Positions 1 to 12,675 of a stretch of DNA of 64,000 nt are shown here, piece after piece. A model generated the notes under the pieces. The model saw nothing but the letters and a program-made list of their open reading frames with translations. It was not told where the DNA came from and ran no database searches. Source of the DNA: the human T2T-CHM13v2.0 reference genome, Homo sapiens; the NCBI RefSeq assembly GCF_009914755.1, contig NC_060930.1; one strand, written 5' to 3'. The position numbers were made by a program, and so were the translations under genes. Every line of letters starts with the position of its first letter. The first letter of the stretch is position 1.

Positions 1-1244
1 TTTACTATAATTTCTGAAAGTGCCAAGAAATATGACTAGAAATATAAATGCCCTTGTATATCAGGTGATGTGAGTCAAGCCTTCAGAGAAAATCACCAAG
101 GGACTTTGACTATGGGAGAATAGTGAAGGGTTTTATATTTTTGTGGGTTCACACAGAGATCACTTTTATTTTCTCCTTTCATTTGACACAAATATATATG
201 AGACCTGAGAACTACTCAAAAAATAGAGTAGGGTATGCAAAAGTGTTTGCAGTAATTATTTCACTACATATATGCATTAAAACATCATGTACTTCTCAAA
301 TATGTACAATAAAAACACATTTAAAAATATAGTGGACAATGTCAACCCGAAGTTTTTTTACTGATGGCAGCTTATTATAAGATGACTATGTTTACATGTT
401 AGTTAGTAGGAACAATTGACTATATTAGTTAAAACATGTTTTTTCATGTTGCCTATACATGTAACAGCTAAAGCAAGGGCATATTTAGGATTAAAAAAAC
501 TGAACTTTGAAGGCAAAGAATTTGTTAAAACTGAAAATTAGTATTTGGAGATTTTAATGACCACTACATATATTTATATCACATACTGTCTTCCTCCCCT
601 AAATTAAGGAAATTATACATGTTACCTAAAAAAGTACAAATAAAAACTTAGTCAACAAAAAAAGTTTTGAGTAAAATTTTAATGGCCTCAAATTCTCACT
701 AATGGATGCATTGAACTGCATAGTTTGGCTTAAAAATCTATTTTCTATACAGCTTGAAACCTTAGGAAGTTTGAGATATTCATAAATAAATGTATAATAA
801 GATTAAAAACTTAATAACATGTATAAATGCATAATCACTTTGTACTGATTTCAAATTATAAGGGATTATATATTTTAAAATTATGGCTCATTTGTTTTAA
901 AATTATACGTATGACTAATTATTGACATTGATAATATAACCTTTTAAAAATTATTGTACATATTTGTATGATGACATCCTGAATTCTACTTATGTCTTGA
1001 TTCTATATACAGGAACTCAGGAATTAATACATAAATGGAGTAGAACATAGAATGGGTGTTTAAGGTTATCAATCTTTTTTTACCATTTGAGTCATCCTAA
1101 AACCTGAACTTAATTGATTAGATCTAGTGAGATGATATCATTTGATTTTCTATCATAATATGTAACTGTAGTTTAATGAAAGTAATAAAACATTAAACAT
1201 TAAGCAAAATTATTAAACTGCATTAACAACCAGGAACCAACAGT

Positions 1245-1710
1245 ATATTAAAGTAAAGGCCTTAAGGTGGTAAAGAAGCATACAAACAAGTATCTGGGAG
1301 TAGAATACCTCAGGTAAGGGAAACAGCATGCCTCAAAAGTCCTGAGGAAGGAGTTTGCTTCATCTTTTACAAGCTTGTTGCTAGAGAGAACAGAACAACA
1401 AAGAGAGTGGGAAAGGAGGAGGCTAGGGACATGACAAAGGACCAGGTCACTCTGAAGACTTTGGCTTCTACCCTGAGTGGCATAAGTGGCCACATGTTGT
1501 ACTTAGACTTACATATTAATGGGTGAACAATCTATAACGGCATATGAGAGAGAGCAGAAGGACCAGTCCAGAGGGGATTGCAATAATTTAAGACATGGCC
1601 ACAGGTATCTGCTGAGTGGCAATGATGGAAATGGTAAAACATGCTCAGATTCTAGATATAGGTCAAAGGTAGTGGCAGGAAATCCCACGAATGAATTGGA
1701 TGTGTTGAGT
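1245..1710 (-). mobile_element. L2 LINE fragment
   Basis: Resembles the L2 antisense 3' region (ctcaggtaagggaaacagcatgcctcaaaagtcctgagg ... cagattctagatatagg); highly diverged, boundaries approximate. Confidence 0.65.
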
Positions 1711-4700
1711 TTTTATGTTTATCAAATCATAACTTTAAGGCTACAAGTCTACTCATTTTAGGTCCATCTTTCTTGATATAAATTTTCGTACACAACTATC
1801 TTCTACAGCTCTCCTGCTAAGATGGTATAATTGTTATGATTCAATAAGTGAGATGAATAGCCTCAGTTCCACGTGACAGTTGCCTCCCCAACAAGAAATG
1901 TGATGGTAATCCACAGCAGGGTTATAATAAGCAGAATAAAATTAGGCAAAATAAATTGAAAACTGGTACATATGGAATATAACTTTAAAACTAATTATTG
2001 TTATTAACACAACTAATTTTCTATACTTTCTCTTTTTCCAGCCATACTAGTTAATTTCACAGTGCATTCTATTTTAGCTTTCCACTAGGGTCTCTCCATA
2101 TTCCTTTTGGGAAAGATATAAAGATATTTATTTCTTGAAATTCCTTACTTAATGAGTTTTCTTTTTTTTATGGGTCATACCTGTTTTACCTATCAGACAA
2201 ATTCTATTTTAAAATACCTCTTCCATAATTTTCTTTCATAAAATAGACCATAGAGCAGCATTTATTTATTTAACTTCTTGAAAATATCACTTTGCTACTT
2301 AGTTTGTTATTGTTTGATATCTAAGAAATTTTGTATCATGTTATAGGTTGCACTTTAAGTGATATTTGCTAATAAGTTCTAATCAGAATAAAGTCTCTTC
2401 CATATTAATGTAATGATTTCATAACCTTAAGTGCCTAAATTTTTATTTGCTTTTGCCACATAAAATCAAAGGCAGCACAAAATTTAACAGATATTAATAT
2501 CTGTGAAAGAAATATATCTGTCTAGTTTACTGAATACTGCACTGGGCTGATTCAAGCCACTTTGCCCTAGAGAACATTTCAGAAGCTTCTAAAGCACTCA
2601 GAGAAACTCAACAACATCTTGTGTCCTAGTTGTCACAGGAGATACCCAGAAGCCCTTCATCTTCCTTACAGTAATTGTGCCCATCAGATCCCTCAGCTGT
2701 GTGTTCATTTGTCTGCTTTGTGGGCTCCTAATGAAATTTCCTGTATTTCCTTTGTCTTGTATAGATCTATCATAACAGTTATTCCATCAGTGTTTGTTAA
2801 ATGGGCAGAGGGACAAAGAAGGATGTAGGCAGGAGGGCATCTTAAACTGCACACAAGAGAGAATCAATCCCCTAGTGACAATTTTCCAACTTACCTCTGT
2901 TCACCTTTAGTTATTTCAACTGCCAGCTGGCTCTTATGATTTTCCTCTCATTGATCCTTAATTATAAACAATAAGGGATACTTTGTGGGGTCATATAATC
3001 AAGCATAATTTCCTGAAGGATCTACAAAATAAAGCAATTTTACTGTTTATCACCAAAAGCCAATGATAATGCATAAATAATCAAAACCCCTAAAGGAAGC
3101 TGATGATACTTTGAAAGGCATAATTAATCATGCAAATTCTAGAAATCATACAGTAATTTTACTACATAAAGGAAAAAGTGAAAAAGGCAAAACCCAAAGG
3201 AGTTTGGGGCCAGAACATTTTTTGAAACCAAACACTTGGTCAGTCTCTACAGGTGAACTATTTCTGCAACATAATTTTAAATAATTAAAATCACCACAGA
3301 ACACACATTCACAAGCAAAAAAAAATCATTCTTTCTTAAAGCTACTAGGGTCACAGTAACCAGGGCAGCACCTCAAGAGTGTGGAGAGTTGATAAGTGAA
3401 GTAATGAAAACACTATAGACCTTGTTAAAAAATTTTAAGAACCACATTTCAAATTATACTCTATTTTCATCAAATCCTTATGGGGTGAAAGTGGCTGAAT
3501 TTATTTTTGTTTTAATGTGTACACATTTTTTGACTCTCTTGAACGGGTCATTCTCTTTGGTTTTGCACTTTTTAGTCAATACAGCATCAGTGGGAATCAA
3601 GTACCTAAATGATATACTGGTATGTCTCTATACATTAAAGGCCCATGATCTACTTAGGGATAACGTGGTTAATTTAAATTTCTCAATAGTCAATATATGT
3701 GGGAAAGGGAAACAAGACAAGGGAGAAAAGAAATGAGAAAAATACAGAAACTGAAGGGAAAAGAAAGAAAAAACAATGGGGTTGGGGGAAGAGAATAACT
3801 GATTTGAGACCAAAAAAAGTGAACTTTAAAGAAATGCATATGTTTATATTTGAGTGCATGGGTCATTTTCAACAAACAATATGCGCTATACAGCCTGTAC
3901 ATCACCAAGAAGAAATTTAGGGAGGTGTCAAAGACAAAAAATAATCTGCTCACAATGTTTTTGAAACTGGAATGAGAATTTTGGCTAGTAATAAATATCA
4001 TTTCAACATTAACATGGCCGAACTTGAAAACTGTGTTATTTAAATTTGCGTTTTTGATATCACAAAGAATCGCTCATTTTAGAGAAGTATTACATTTTAA
4101 AATCACATAAATTCATAGAGGGCGTTTAGAAATATACAGTTCTTTGATTTTAACTGCACTTGGCACCCACATGCTTTAGAATCAATACGCTGTTATGACC
4201 AGAAAGCTTCTTTTAAAATTAAAGTAATGCATGTCATTATCTATGAATCTCCTCATTTTACCCTCAGGATCTCATCTATATCGTTGGCTAAGAAAAACAT
4301 ATATTTACCATATTCTACCACTTTGATTTCACCAAAATTGTTTTGAGGAAATGAATTCTAATAGTACATAGAATAGTGTTGTACAGAATTACTGTGAATA
4401 AAGATCTAGTTTTCTGTCCTTTACAGTCTGTTGCAAAAGCATTTGAAAATATACAAGTCTTCAGTGTTACTATAGAAAGCTCAAACTTCTTTTATTTAAA
4501 ATGTCATCATCAAGGAAAAAAGTCAGAATTCATAATCCATGGGGCCAATGCACATACAGGCAAATCACATTCAGTACTTTTGAGGTCAGGATTCATATCT
4601 GAGTCTGAATCAATATTAATATTCCTTCTCTGCAGTTGGTAGATAAAAAATGTTTTCTGCAAAAGAAAGAGCTTCTATTACTTTTATTAAATAGTAGTTA

Positions 4701-7234
4701 GTTGGCTGCACTTTCCTTGGATTTAAAAAGAAAGTGTAGAAACGGCTGTGCTTATAGTTTCACAGTTTGCAAGAAGTGGTTTTGAGAAATGATATTTTAG
4801 CTTTACGGCATTCTATGACTTCACAATAATAGTACTTTTACTCACTTCAATATGCTCCTCCTTGAGGAATCTAACAGTGTTAAAGTATACTATCTCACTG
4901 GTCTTCATAATAATCCCATTAAGTCTGAATAGATTCTTATTTGATAAATCTTTGAAAAACCTGCTTCAGATTAAGCATCCTTATTTTTCTTCAAGGAATA
5001 GATTGATTTAATCCTCAACCAATCTCTTTTATGAGAATGGGAGCACAAGAATCGCTCTTTCTAAATCTAAGTTCAGAGACAGAGCTTCCTTCATTACTGC
5101 CAGCTTCAAGAAACTCTTCCTCCAATTTACCCATCTTTATCTCTTTAAAGAGTACACTACTTGGCCAATTAAAAAAAAGACAAAACAGAGAAAGGGAGAA
5201 ATGTCAGAAAATAATTTTTTCTTCTACCTTATGGAGCAGCAGATAATTTTCAGCTGAGATAATTTTGAATCACTAAAAACATTTTAGTGAACTAAAAAAG
5301 CCCAAGAGGCATATTAGGACAATCACATATTTCTTATTCTGCATCAGGCAATATACTATGTTAGTTTTATTGTTTATGGAAAACCTCTCCAGTTACAGCT
5401 TATTGGAGAGTGTGCAGATATTTACGTATTATTTATGTTGCCCAGAATGTTCACAACCGTCACCCCCAGCACCTTGTAGCATATAAAATAGCAAGTTCTT
5501 GTAAGTCACACTTGGCTTAGCCTCTGCCATCTCCAGAATAAGGTAAAGAAGATATCACTCTTTCACAAATGAGTGAAACCTAGGGAGTTGAGTGACAGAT
5601 CTGCATTTCATGGACTAGCATAGTTCAAATGTCACTGTAAAAAAATTTACTTTTCCAAAATATAAAGTAAAATTTTACTTTTTATACTGTTTCTAAAAAC
5701 AAAACAAAAAGACAGGAAATCAAACAAAATAATAGCACATCCTGTAATTACTAGTAACTTATAGCACCAAATTTTAGATTCTTCTTTTAAATTTCTTAAG
5801 CTATATTTTTAATACTGGTAAAAGTAAAAGCCAAACATCTCATTTGTTTTGCCTCTTGGTAAAAATTGGATTATTAATTAGCTAAATAGACGCATCTGCC
5901 CAAGAGTGTTGTCTTCATTTATTTTTCTACCTACTTTACCCTCAGGAAAGGTTTACAGCAAGAACAATAAAGTCAAGAGGACTTTGAGGCCGAATTTTAT
6001 TGCTTGTGGCTGAATTTTAGCCAGATTTAGTTTTTGTTTCCATGACTTAAAGTTCCACCTCCTGCGCTAGTTTTCCAATATTCATTCATTCAGTCCCATA
6101 ATAACGGATTCCTATTGCTCAAATTAAGACAGTGTCTTTGTATTGATTCATTAAGGCAACAATTTTATTTCTCACATCAACAATTTGTGTCTGAACCTCA
6201 GATTATGTCCCTACCCCACAGAAACGGAATTCACAATTCAAAAGCAAATCATTTGGGACAACATACCTGGGAATTATACTAGATAGGATTTTCAGCATAT
6301 ACATATTTTTTCAGGCTTGTTTATGTACTGCAAAAGCAGAAACAAACTCAGTAATTCTATTTAATAGAGCCTCTCAAAGCTCTGTTTTGCTATAATTGAA
6401 GACAAGAGCTGTCAGGAAGCAAACACTGAAAAGATGTATGCTGCTCTTTGCTCAGTGATGTAAGTAGAACAATCTTGGACAGAGGGGCCAATATCAGACA
6501 ACAGAACTGCTGGCACAGAGTGGTGAGGCAATTAATTTCTCAGATGCTAATTCAATGTCATAAAGAAGAAAGGAAGGAAAACAAGAGAGCTACAATAATA
6601 TTGTGAATATCACGTAGATGATAGATTAATGAAAATTGTAAAAATGAAAAGGAGAAATACATTTTCAATTCTTCTCATTCTAAGTTTGATTGGATGCAGC
6701 ATAGCATTGCAAAATTGGTTTTTTATTTTTATTTTTTGTAATGGAAGAAAAGGTGATATTTCTACCCAAATCAATCATTTATCTGTTTTTCCAACCAACA
6801 TGATGAGATAAAAACTATATTGCCAGCATGGAGTTTGTCTGAGAGTCATATTTCCTTATAAGCTAAATCAGTAGCCATTTAAATGTTTCTAATTCAAAAG
6901 TTTAAGAAAGAGGGAAATTAAACAACAAACTAGGTCTCTGAGGGGAGGATTTTGGAAAAGGGAATCACATTTTAAGCTAGACGTCCTTCACAGCACAGAG
7001 GAGCATTACATGGCTGGTTTGAAATTAGTTGTACTTTTTCTATCAGGTTCCTGTTTCTATCCATATTTAAGGGGTTGTCCAGGTAACTTCACCACTTGGT
7101 TTCATTTTAAAGCCAGAAGCATCTATTTCCATATTCTAAAGTAGAAGTTCAAATTGTCTCAAGAACACAGCAATTAAGTCTGAAAAGCAGAGGTAATCAT
7201 GTCCTTTGAAATCAAATTATCAGCTCATTGTCTC

Positions 7235-7567
7235 TGCTATGGTTTGAATATGTCCCCTACAAAATTCCAGTGTTTCCTCTACCATCATAGGAAAAGGTGG
7301 GGCCTTTAAGAGGTAATTTGGCCATAAGTGCTCTTCCCTGGTATGGGATTAAAGCCCTCATAGAAGAGGCTTTATGTAACATTTGGCTAGCTTGCCTTTC
7401 TAATTTTTGCCATGTGAAGACACAGCAAGAAGGCCCTCCAAGATAATATGTCGGTGTCTTGGTCTTCTCTTTCTCAGTCTTTAGAACTGCAAGAAATATA
7501 TTTCTGTTCTATGTAAATTACCCAGTCTGTGATATTCTGTGACAGCAGCACACAATGAAGTAAGACA
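7235..7567 (+). mobile_element. MaLR solo LTR (MSTC/MSTD/MLT1A-like)
   Basis: Starts tgctatggtttgaatatgtcccc, ends aattacccagtctgtgatattctgtgacagcagcacacaatgaagtaagaca; TG...CA termini. Confidence 0.85.
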
Positions 7568-8375
7568 CTGTGTTGACATGTTTAAACTCTGCCGCTGTCT
7601 CACCTTTCATTGACTCCAGGACACTAAGACAGTGGTAAAGCTAATCATGGGAAGATAATTATCATCTCCAGAATTAATGATGTAGACCTCACTGTCTCTT
7701 ATGGCAGCAAAACAAGAGGGTGAGGCAGGTAAAGAAGCATTTGAAAGAGGGAAAAACATTCAGTCCAAGCTGGATGCAAGAAAAAGCTCAGCCGACCCAA
7801 ATTGAATTTACATTTCCTACATCGATCAAAGTTCTTCCTTCTTTATTTATTAAAATTTTACTAATGTTCACAAGATATGGCATCTGAGCTCCAAGTGGTT
7901 TCATACATAAATCTCATGAGCATAACACATAACAAATAAAAGAACAGCAGAAGGAGGACTTCATAGCCATCCTTTAAGGCTATTACAAACTTACAAATGG
8001 TGTTTTGTTAGATCATCTGAGAGCCCATGCAATGACAAGAGCCATTTCAAAAACTCATTAAATCAAAATAGAATCCAATTAGTTCATTCAAAGAGCCACA
8101 GAATTTTCTTATATTTTGAACTTAACATATTGAACTATTTATGTAGTTGTTTTGTACAGACACTGAGAATATACTTTTGGAATATGGAATGTGGCTAATA
8201 CGTTCTGTGAATTACACCATTACCATTACTAGTATCACTTTTGCTAATGAAGTCAAAATAATTCATGGTTTATGAACTTCAGGCTGTGAGAGGTTACTTC
8301 AAGTGTGAGGGGTAAGTGTTTATACATTATTAGACCATTCATTTCAATTTTAAAAAACAACTTATGGCATAATGA

Positions 8376-8783
<408 letters not shown>

Positions 8784-10041
8784 TAAAGGTGTATTTTAAA
8801 GCATGCAAATAAAAAACTATTTTTAATAATCTGACTTTTATGAAAAGATTAATAAAAGTTAATGCTGATTGTCATATGAAAGAAAAGTTTAATATGCTTA
8901 AATAAAATAGTTTTGTATTCTTTGTCTTAACCCTATATTTATAAAGTAGAAGAAAATAGAAAACCTATTATAATACAAATATGTAATGTTTAATTGCATC
9001 AATTGTTTTAAGAGGACAGATCACATAGTGCTGACTTAATTTTAACATTATTTAGAAGAACGTAACATTATTACTGGATTTTATTTTAGCACCCCATTAA
9101 TACTGCAGGCAACACTTCAACAGTAGTTTCATGCATCATCACACAACAAAGGTGTTTCTTAATAGACCATTAAAATATCCATGCCATTTTTATCTTAATA
9201 ATTTATTTATAATATATGTATGCTTGCCTCTGACAAGTAGGGAAGAGCCATGAATTAAACTGATCATAAATGATGCAAATGTTGCTTTAAGAAATATAAA
9301 AAAATGAAAGCATTTTTCCTCAAATGCTGTATCTGTTCTTGGTCTGTTTATTCCTTTCAGTACTTCCAGGCTCATTATTTTGACTATATGTTCTCCATAA
9401 TGAACCTAATGTACATCTTAGACATTTATTCCTACCAATAGCTGACATTTAATTAATGTCTTTTAAAAATAGTTATATTTAGAAATGTTAATATTTTACT
9501 ACTTATTAATAACTTTATAATATAAAACAATCTATAATACAAATTGCTATTATCTGAATAGAATGACATCATATGTTAACTAAAATTACATCACACTGCT
9601 GGAATACACTTAAAGTTTAAAATTATATGATATTGTTAAACATATTGATCTAGCATCATTCATAAAAGGGTTACCTTAATTTTTTAACCTATGGATATGT
9701 TTTTATTTATTTTTCTTTATTGTTAAATAACTGCCTTTGTATATAGTAGTGGAATGTATTAAATAATTCAAGAAAGGATTTTTTGGTGACATTAACAGAG
9801 ACTTTTTGTAACAGCAGTTGTATATGTATTATCAATTGATTTTTAACATTTGTAAAATATTAACTAGTAACTTTAGTAAGATGTTATATAATAGAACATA
9901 TACTCCATAAGCCATTAACTCAGTCCAAAAGTAAACTTGACTTATACTACTCTTTATTTATCTAAATATCCTTGCTTTTCAGGCCATACATTTATTTTCC
10001 ATATTTTGGATGTGTTCTAAATGTAAAAAATGAATCCATGT

Positions 10042-10165
10042 CCCATATATGTTGGTTCACATCTGTAATTTCAGCATTTTGTGGAGCCAAGGTAGGCAAT
10101 CTCTTGAGGCCAGGAGTTTGAAACCAGTCTGGGCAATATAGTGAGACCCCATCTCTACAAATTAA
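10042..10165 (+). mobile_element. FLAM (Alu left monomer)
   Basis: Left-monomer sequence ending gtgagaccccatctctacaaa; degenerate TSD aaaatgaatccatgt / aaaatgcattcatgt. Confidence 0.85.
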
Positions 10166-10509
10166 AATGCATTCATGTAAATCCATCATTAATAGAAACT
10201 CTCACCATTAAACAGTACATGTGAAGCCAAGAAAGTACATTGACATTATCATCACTTTTAAAGTTGAATGTAATTTTTACAATGCCATTGCATAACTTGG
10301 TCATCTTATAATTAGTTTATTTTGAGAATGTTCTAGGAAAAGTGTTAAGGCACTGAAGGAAACAAGCATTTTGTATTTACATGATTAGTTTAAATACTTA
10401 AGGGGACTATAGACTCAGAAATGTGAAAAAAAAAAGAAAAATAGAGATATGAAAAAACTACAAAATAAGTAAAGAAATTCTAACAAATACTTGAATGCCT
10501 ATCAAAGTA

Positions 10510-10650
10510 TAGCATAGGTCCTCCAAGAAGCATAACCAAGACAGTATTAGCTGTGCAAGAGGTTTACTGAGGGAAATGGCAGGGAGGAAAAATGAAAAGT
10601 GCCCACAGAAGGCCAACACACCTTCAGAGTGTCAATTACGCTTTTTACAG
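10510..10650 (-). mobile_element. Partial LTR16B-like 3' LTR of ERVL provirus
   Basis: ggtcctccaagaagcataaccaagacagtattagctgtgcaagaggtttactgagggaaat resembles the LTR end at about 15915-15995. Confidence 0.6.
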
Positions 10651-10963
10651 GAGATTTGAATGGTATATTTCCATTATCGCCATACTACACTTCTTATCTC
10701 AAACAAGTTCCGGGCCACCTACTCCATGATCCCCCAGAGCCTCTCTTTCTAAGAAGAAATAAGAAAAGAATTGACAGGATAAACTACAGCCCTTTGGCTG
10801 CAGTTGATCTCAGACCAGCAACTCATTCTCTATTTCCTTCACAATCCTTCTATTTCTCAGAGGTTGAAACTCTTGGATACCATATATTTTTTTTTCTGGT
10901 TGGGATTTCTGTATGAATTTGTTCACAGGTATAATGGGGAGAGGGAGTTGCAGGGCATATAGA

Positions 10964-11180
10964 TGCCTCACCCTCTTGTTTTGCTGCCATAAGAGACAGT
11001 GAGGTCTACATCATTAATTCTGGAGATGATAATTATCTTCCCATGATTAGCTTTACCACTGTCTTAGCATCCTGGAGTCAATGAAAGTGAGACAGCGGCA
11101 AAGTTTAAACATGTCAACACAGTGTCTTAGTTCATTGTGTGCTGCTGTCACAGAATATCACAGACTGGGTAATTTACATA
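10964..11180 (-). repeat. Inverted ~97%-identical copy of 7510-7727
   Basis: Manual reverse-complement alignment: about 4 substitutions and 1 indel over 218 bp. Confidence 0.97.
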
Positions 11181-12337
11181 TAATAAAGATCCAAATATCC
11201 TTATTATTGTTCCTACTGTGAAAAGCAGTCCTATGAACTCTTGTAGATGAGGGTTGATTACTCCTGCCAGACAGTGACTCCTCTTCTTGTCTCCAAATCT
11301 CTCGGAACATGTGTCCAAAGTGCCCTGGCAGCATGGTGATGTATAATTCTATAGGAACTGTACTGTGTCTGCTGTCAGGAAGGTAACTATAGGGACCAGA
11401 GTTGAGGGACAGAAAGAACAAAATCTCCCAGTGAATCATTGGAAGTGATGGTAATTGCAAACACTAGTGCTTTCCCCCTTAATTGCCAGATTATATATTC
11501 TTTCTATTGGGAACAATGCACCATATAGAGGTATCTAATTTCATGCATATACTGCACCCTGAAGGGTGGCACCCATCCTTTCAGCAGGTTGCCTCTGAAC
11601 TGGTGCTTCAGCTGTAAAAGGCTTTCCTAGAATTGTGTGAGACAGACTGCTTCAGCATAGGGAGATATACAACACAGCTAGTGGATCTTATGGTTATTGT
11701 CTGTCTCATGCATGTCTTTCACTGCAAAGTCTGTCTCCTGGTTAGATGGTATGATATGCTTCTGTATCATACATTCTATAAGTACCTACATAGCAGTGAT
11801 GGCTGAAGCTCAGTAGGAAAGGCAAATCAATACCCGGAATAGGTGTCTATCCTTAGGAAAAACTGGTGGCCTTTCCAGAACGGAAGGAGTACAATAAAGG
11901 TGGCTTAATCAGCTGGTTGGTCTCCATTAGAAGAGCATATTTCTCTGTTTCTGTGAAGTTGTATCAACCTTGGTAAGTTGGAGGCCATGCTATTAAGCTA
12001 ATGCTAGGCGCCATCTCTGCCACTGTAGCCACTATGCTCATATACTCATATACCCATTATATCGGTTTTGGAGCACTCAATGATAAAGGGTTAATAATGT
12101 CAACTGACTCAGTCATTTTGTCTACTGCCTTCTCCACTAGAAGGTTGTCTAGTGCCTTCTCCACAGTGAATGGATGCTTTGCGTGGGTGTTAATATGTGA
12201 AGCAAAAATATTAACATGTTATCTTCACTTGCATACATTCATTTTTATGCCTCTCCCTCAGATCTCCTTGCTTTTGAATTTCCGGGTTTTATTCTTCCAC
12301 ACCCCTAACTAGGTGACCATACCATTACCCACTTCCT

Positions 12338-12379
12338 ACACACACACACACACGCACACACACACACGCACACTCACAC
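12338..12379. repeat. (CA)n microsatellite
   Basis: acacacacacacacacgcacacacacacacgcacactcacac. Confidence 0.95.
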
Positions 12380-12495
12380 TCTAACTAACTTCAGGTCACT
12401 TCTCTTTCCACACAAACTGAATAAACAGTTTCCTAGTAGCTCAGTTGCGAATCTACTGCATGGAAAAAATTTTCCCTCCTCACCATTTTATACTG

Positions 12496-12675
12496 TTTTT
12501 TGTTTGTTTGTTTGTTTGAGAGATGGGGTCTCATTATGTTGCCCAAGCTAGAGTGGAGTGATTATTCACAAATGTGATCATAGCATACTATAGCCCTAAA
12601 CTCTTGGGCTCAGGCAATCCTCTTGCCTTAGCATCCTGGGTAGCTAGACTTACAGGCAAATGCTACTGCTCAGCT
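12496..12675 (-). mobile_element. FAM (fossil Alu monomer)
   Basis: Antisense monomer with the 7SL-derived gattattcacaaatgtgatcatag segment typical of FAM; (TTTG)n tail. Confidence 0.8.
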
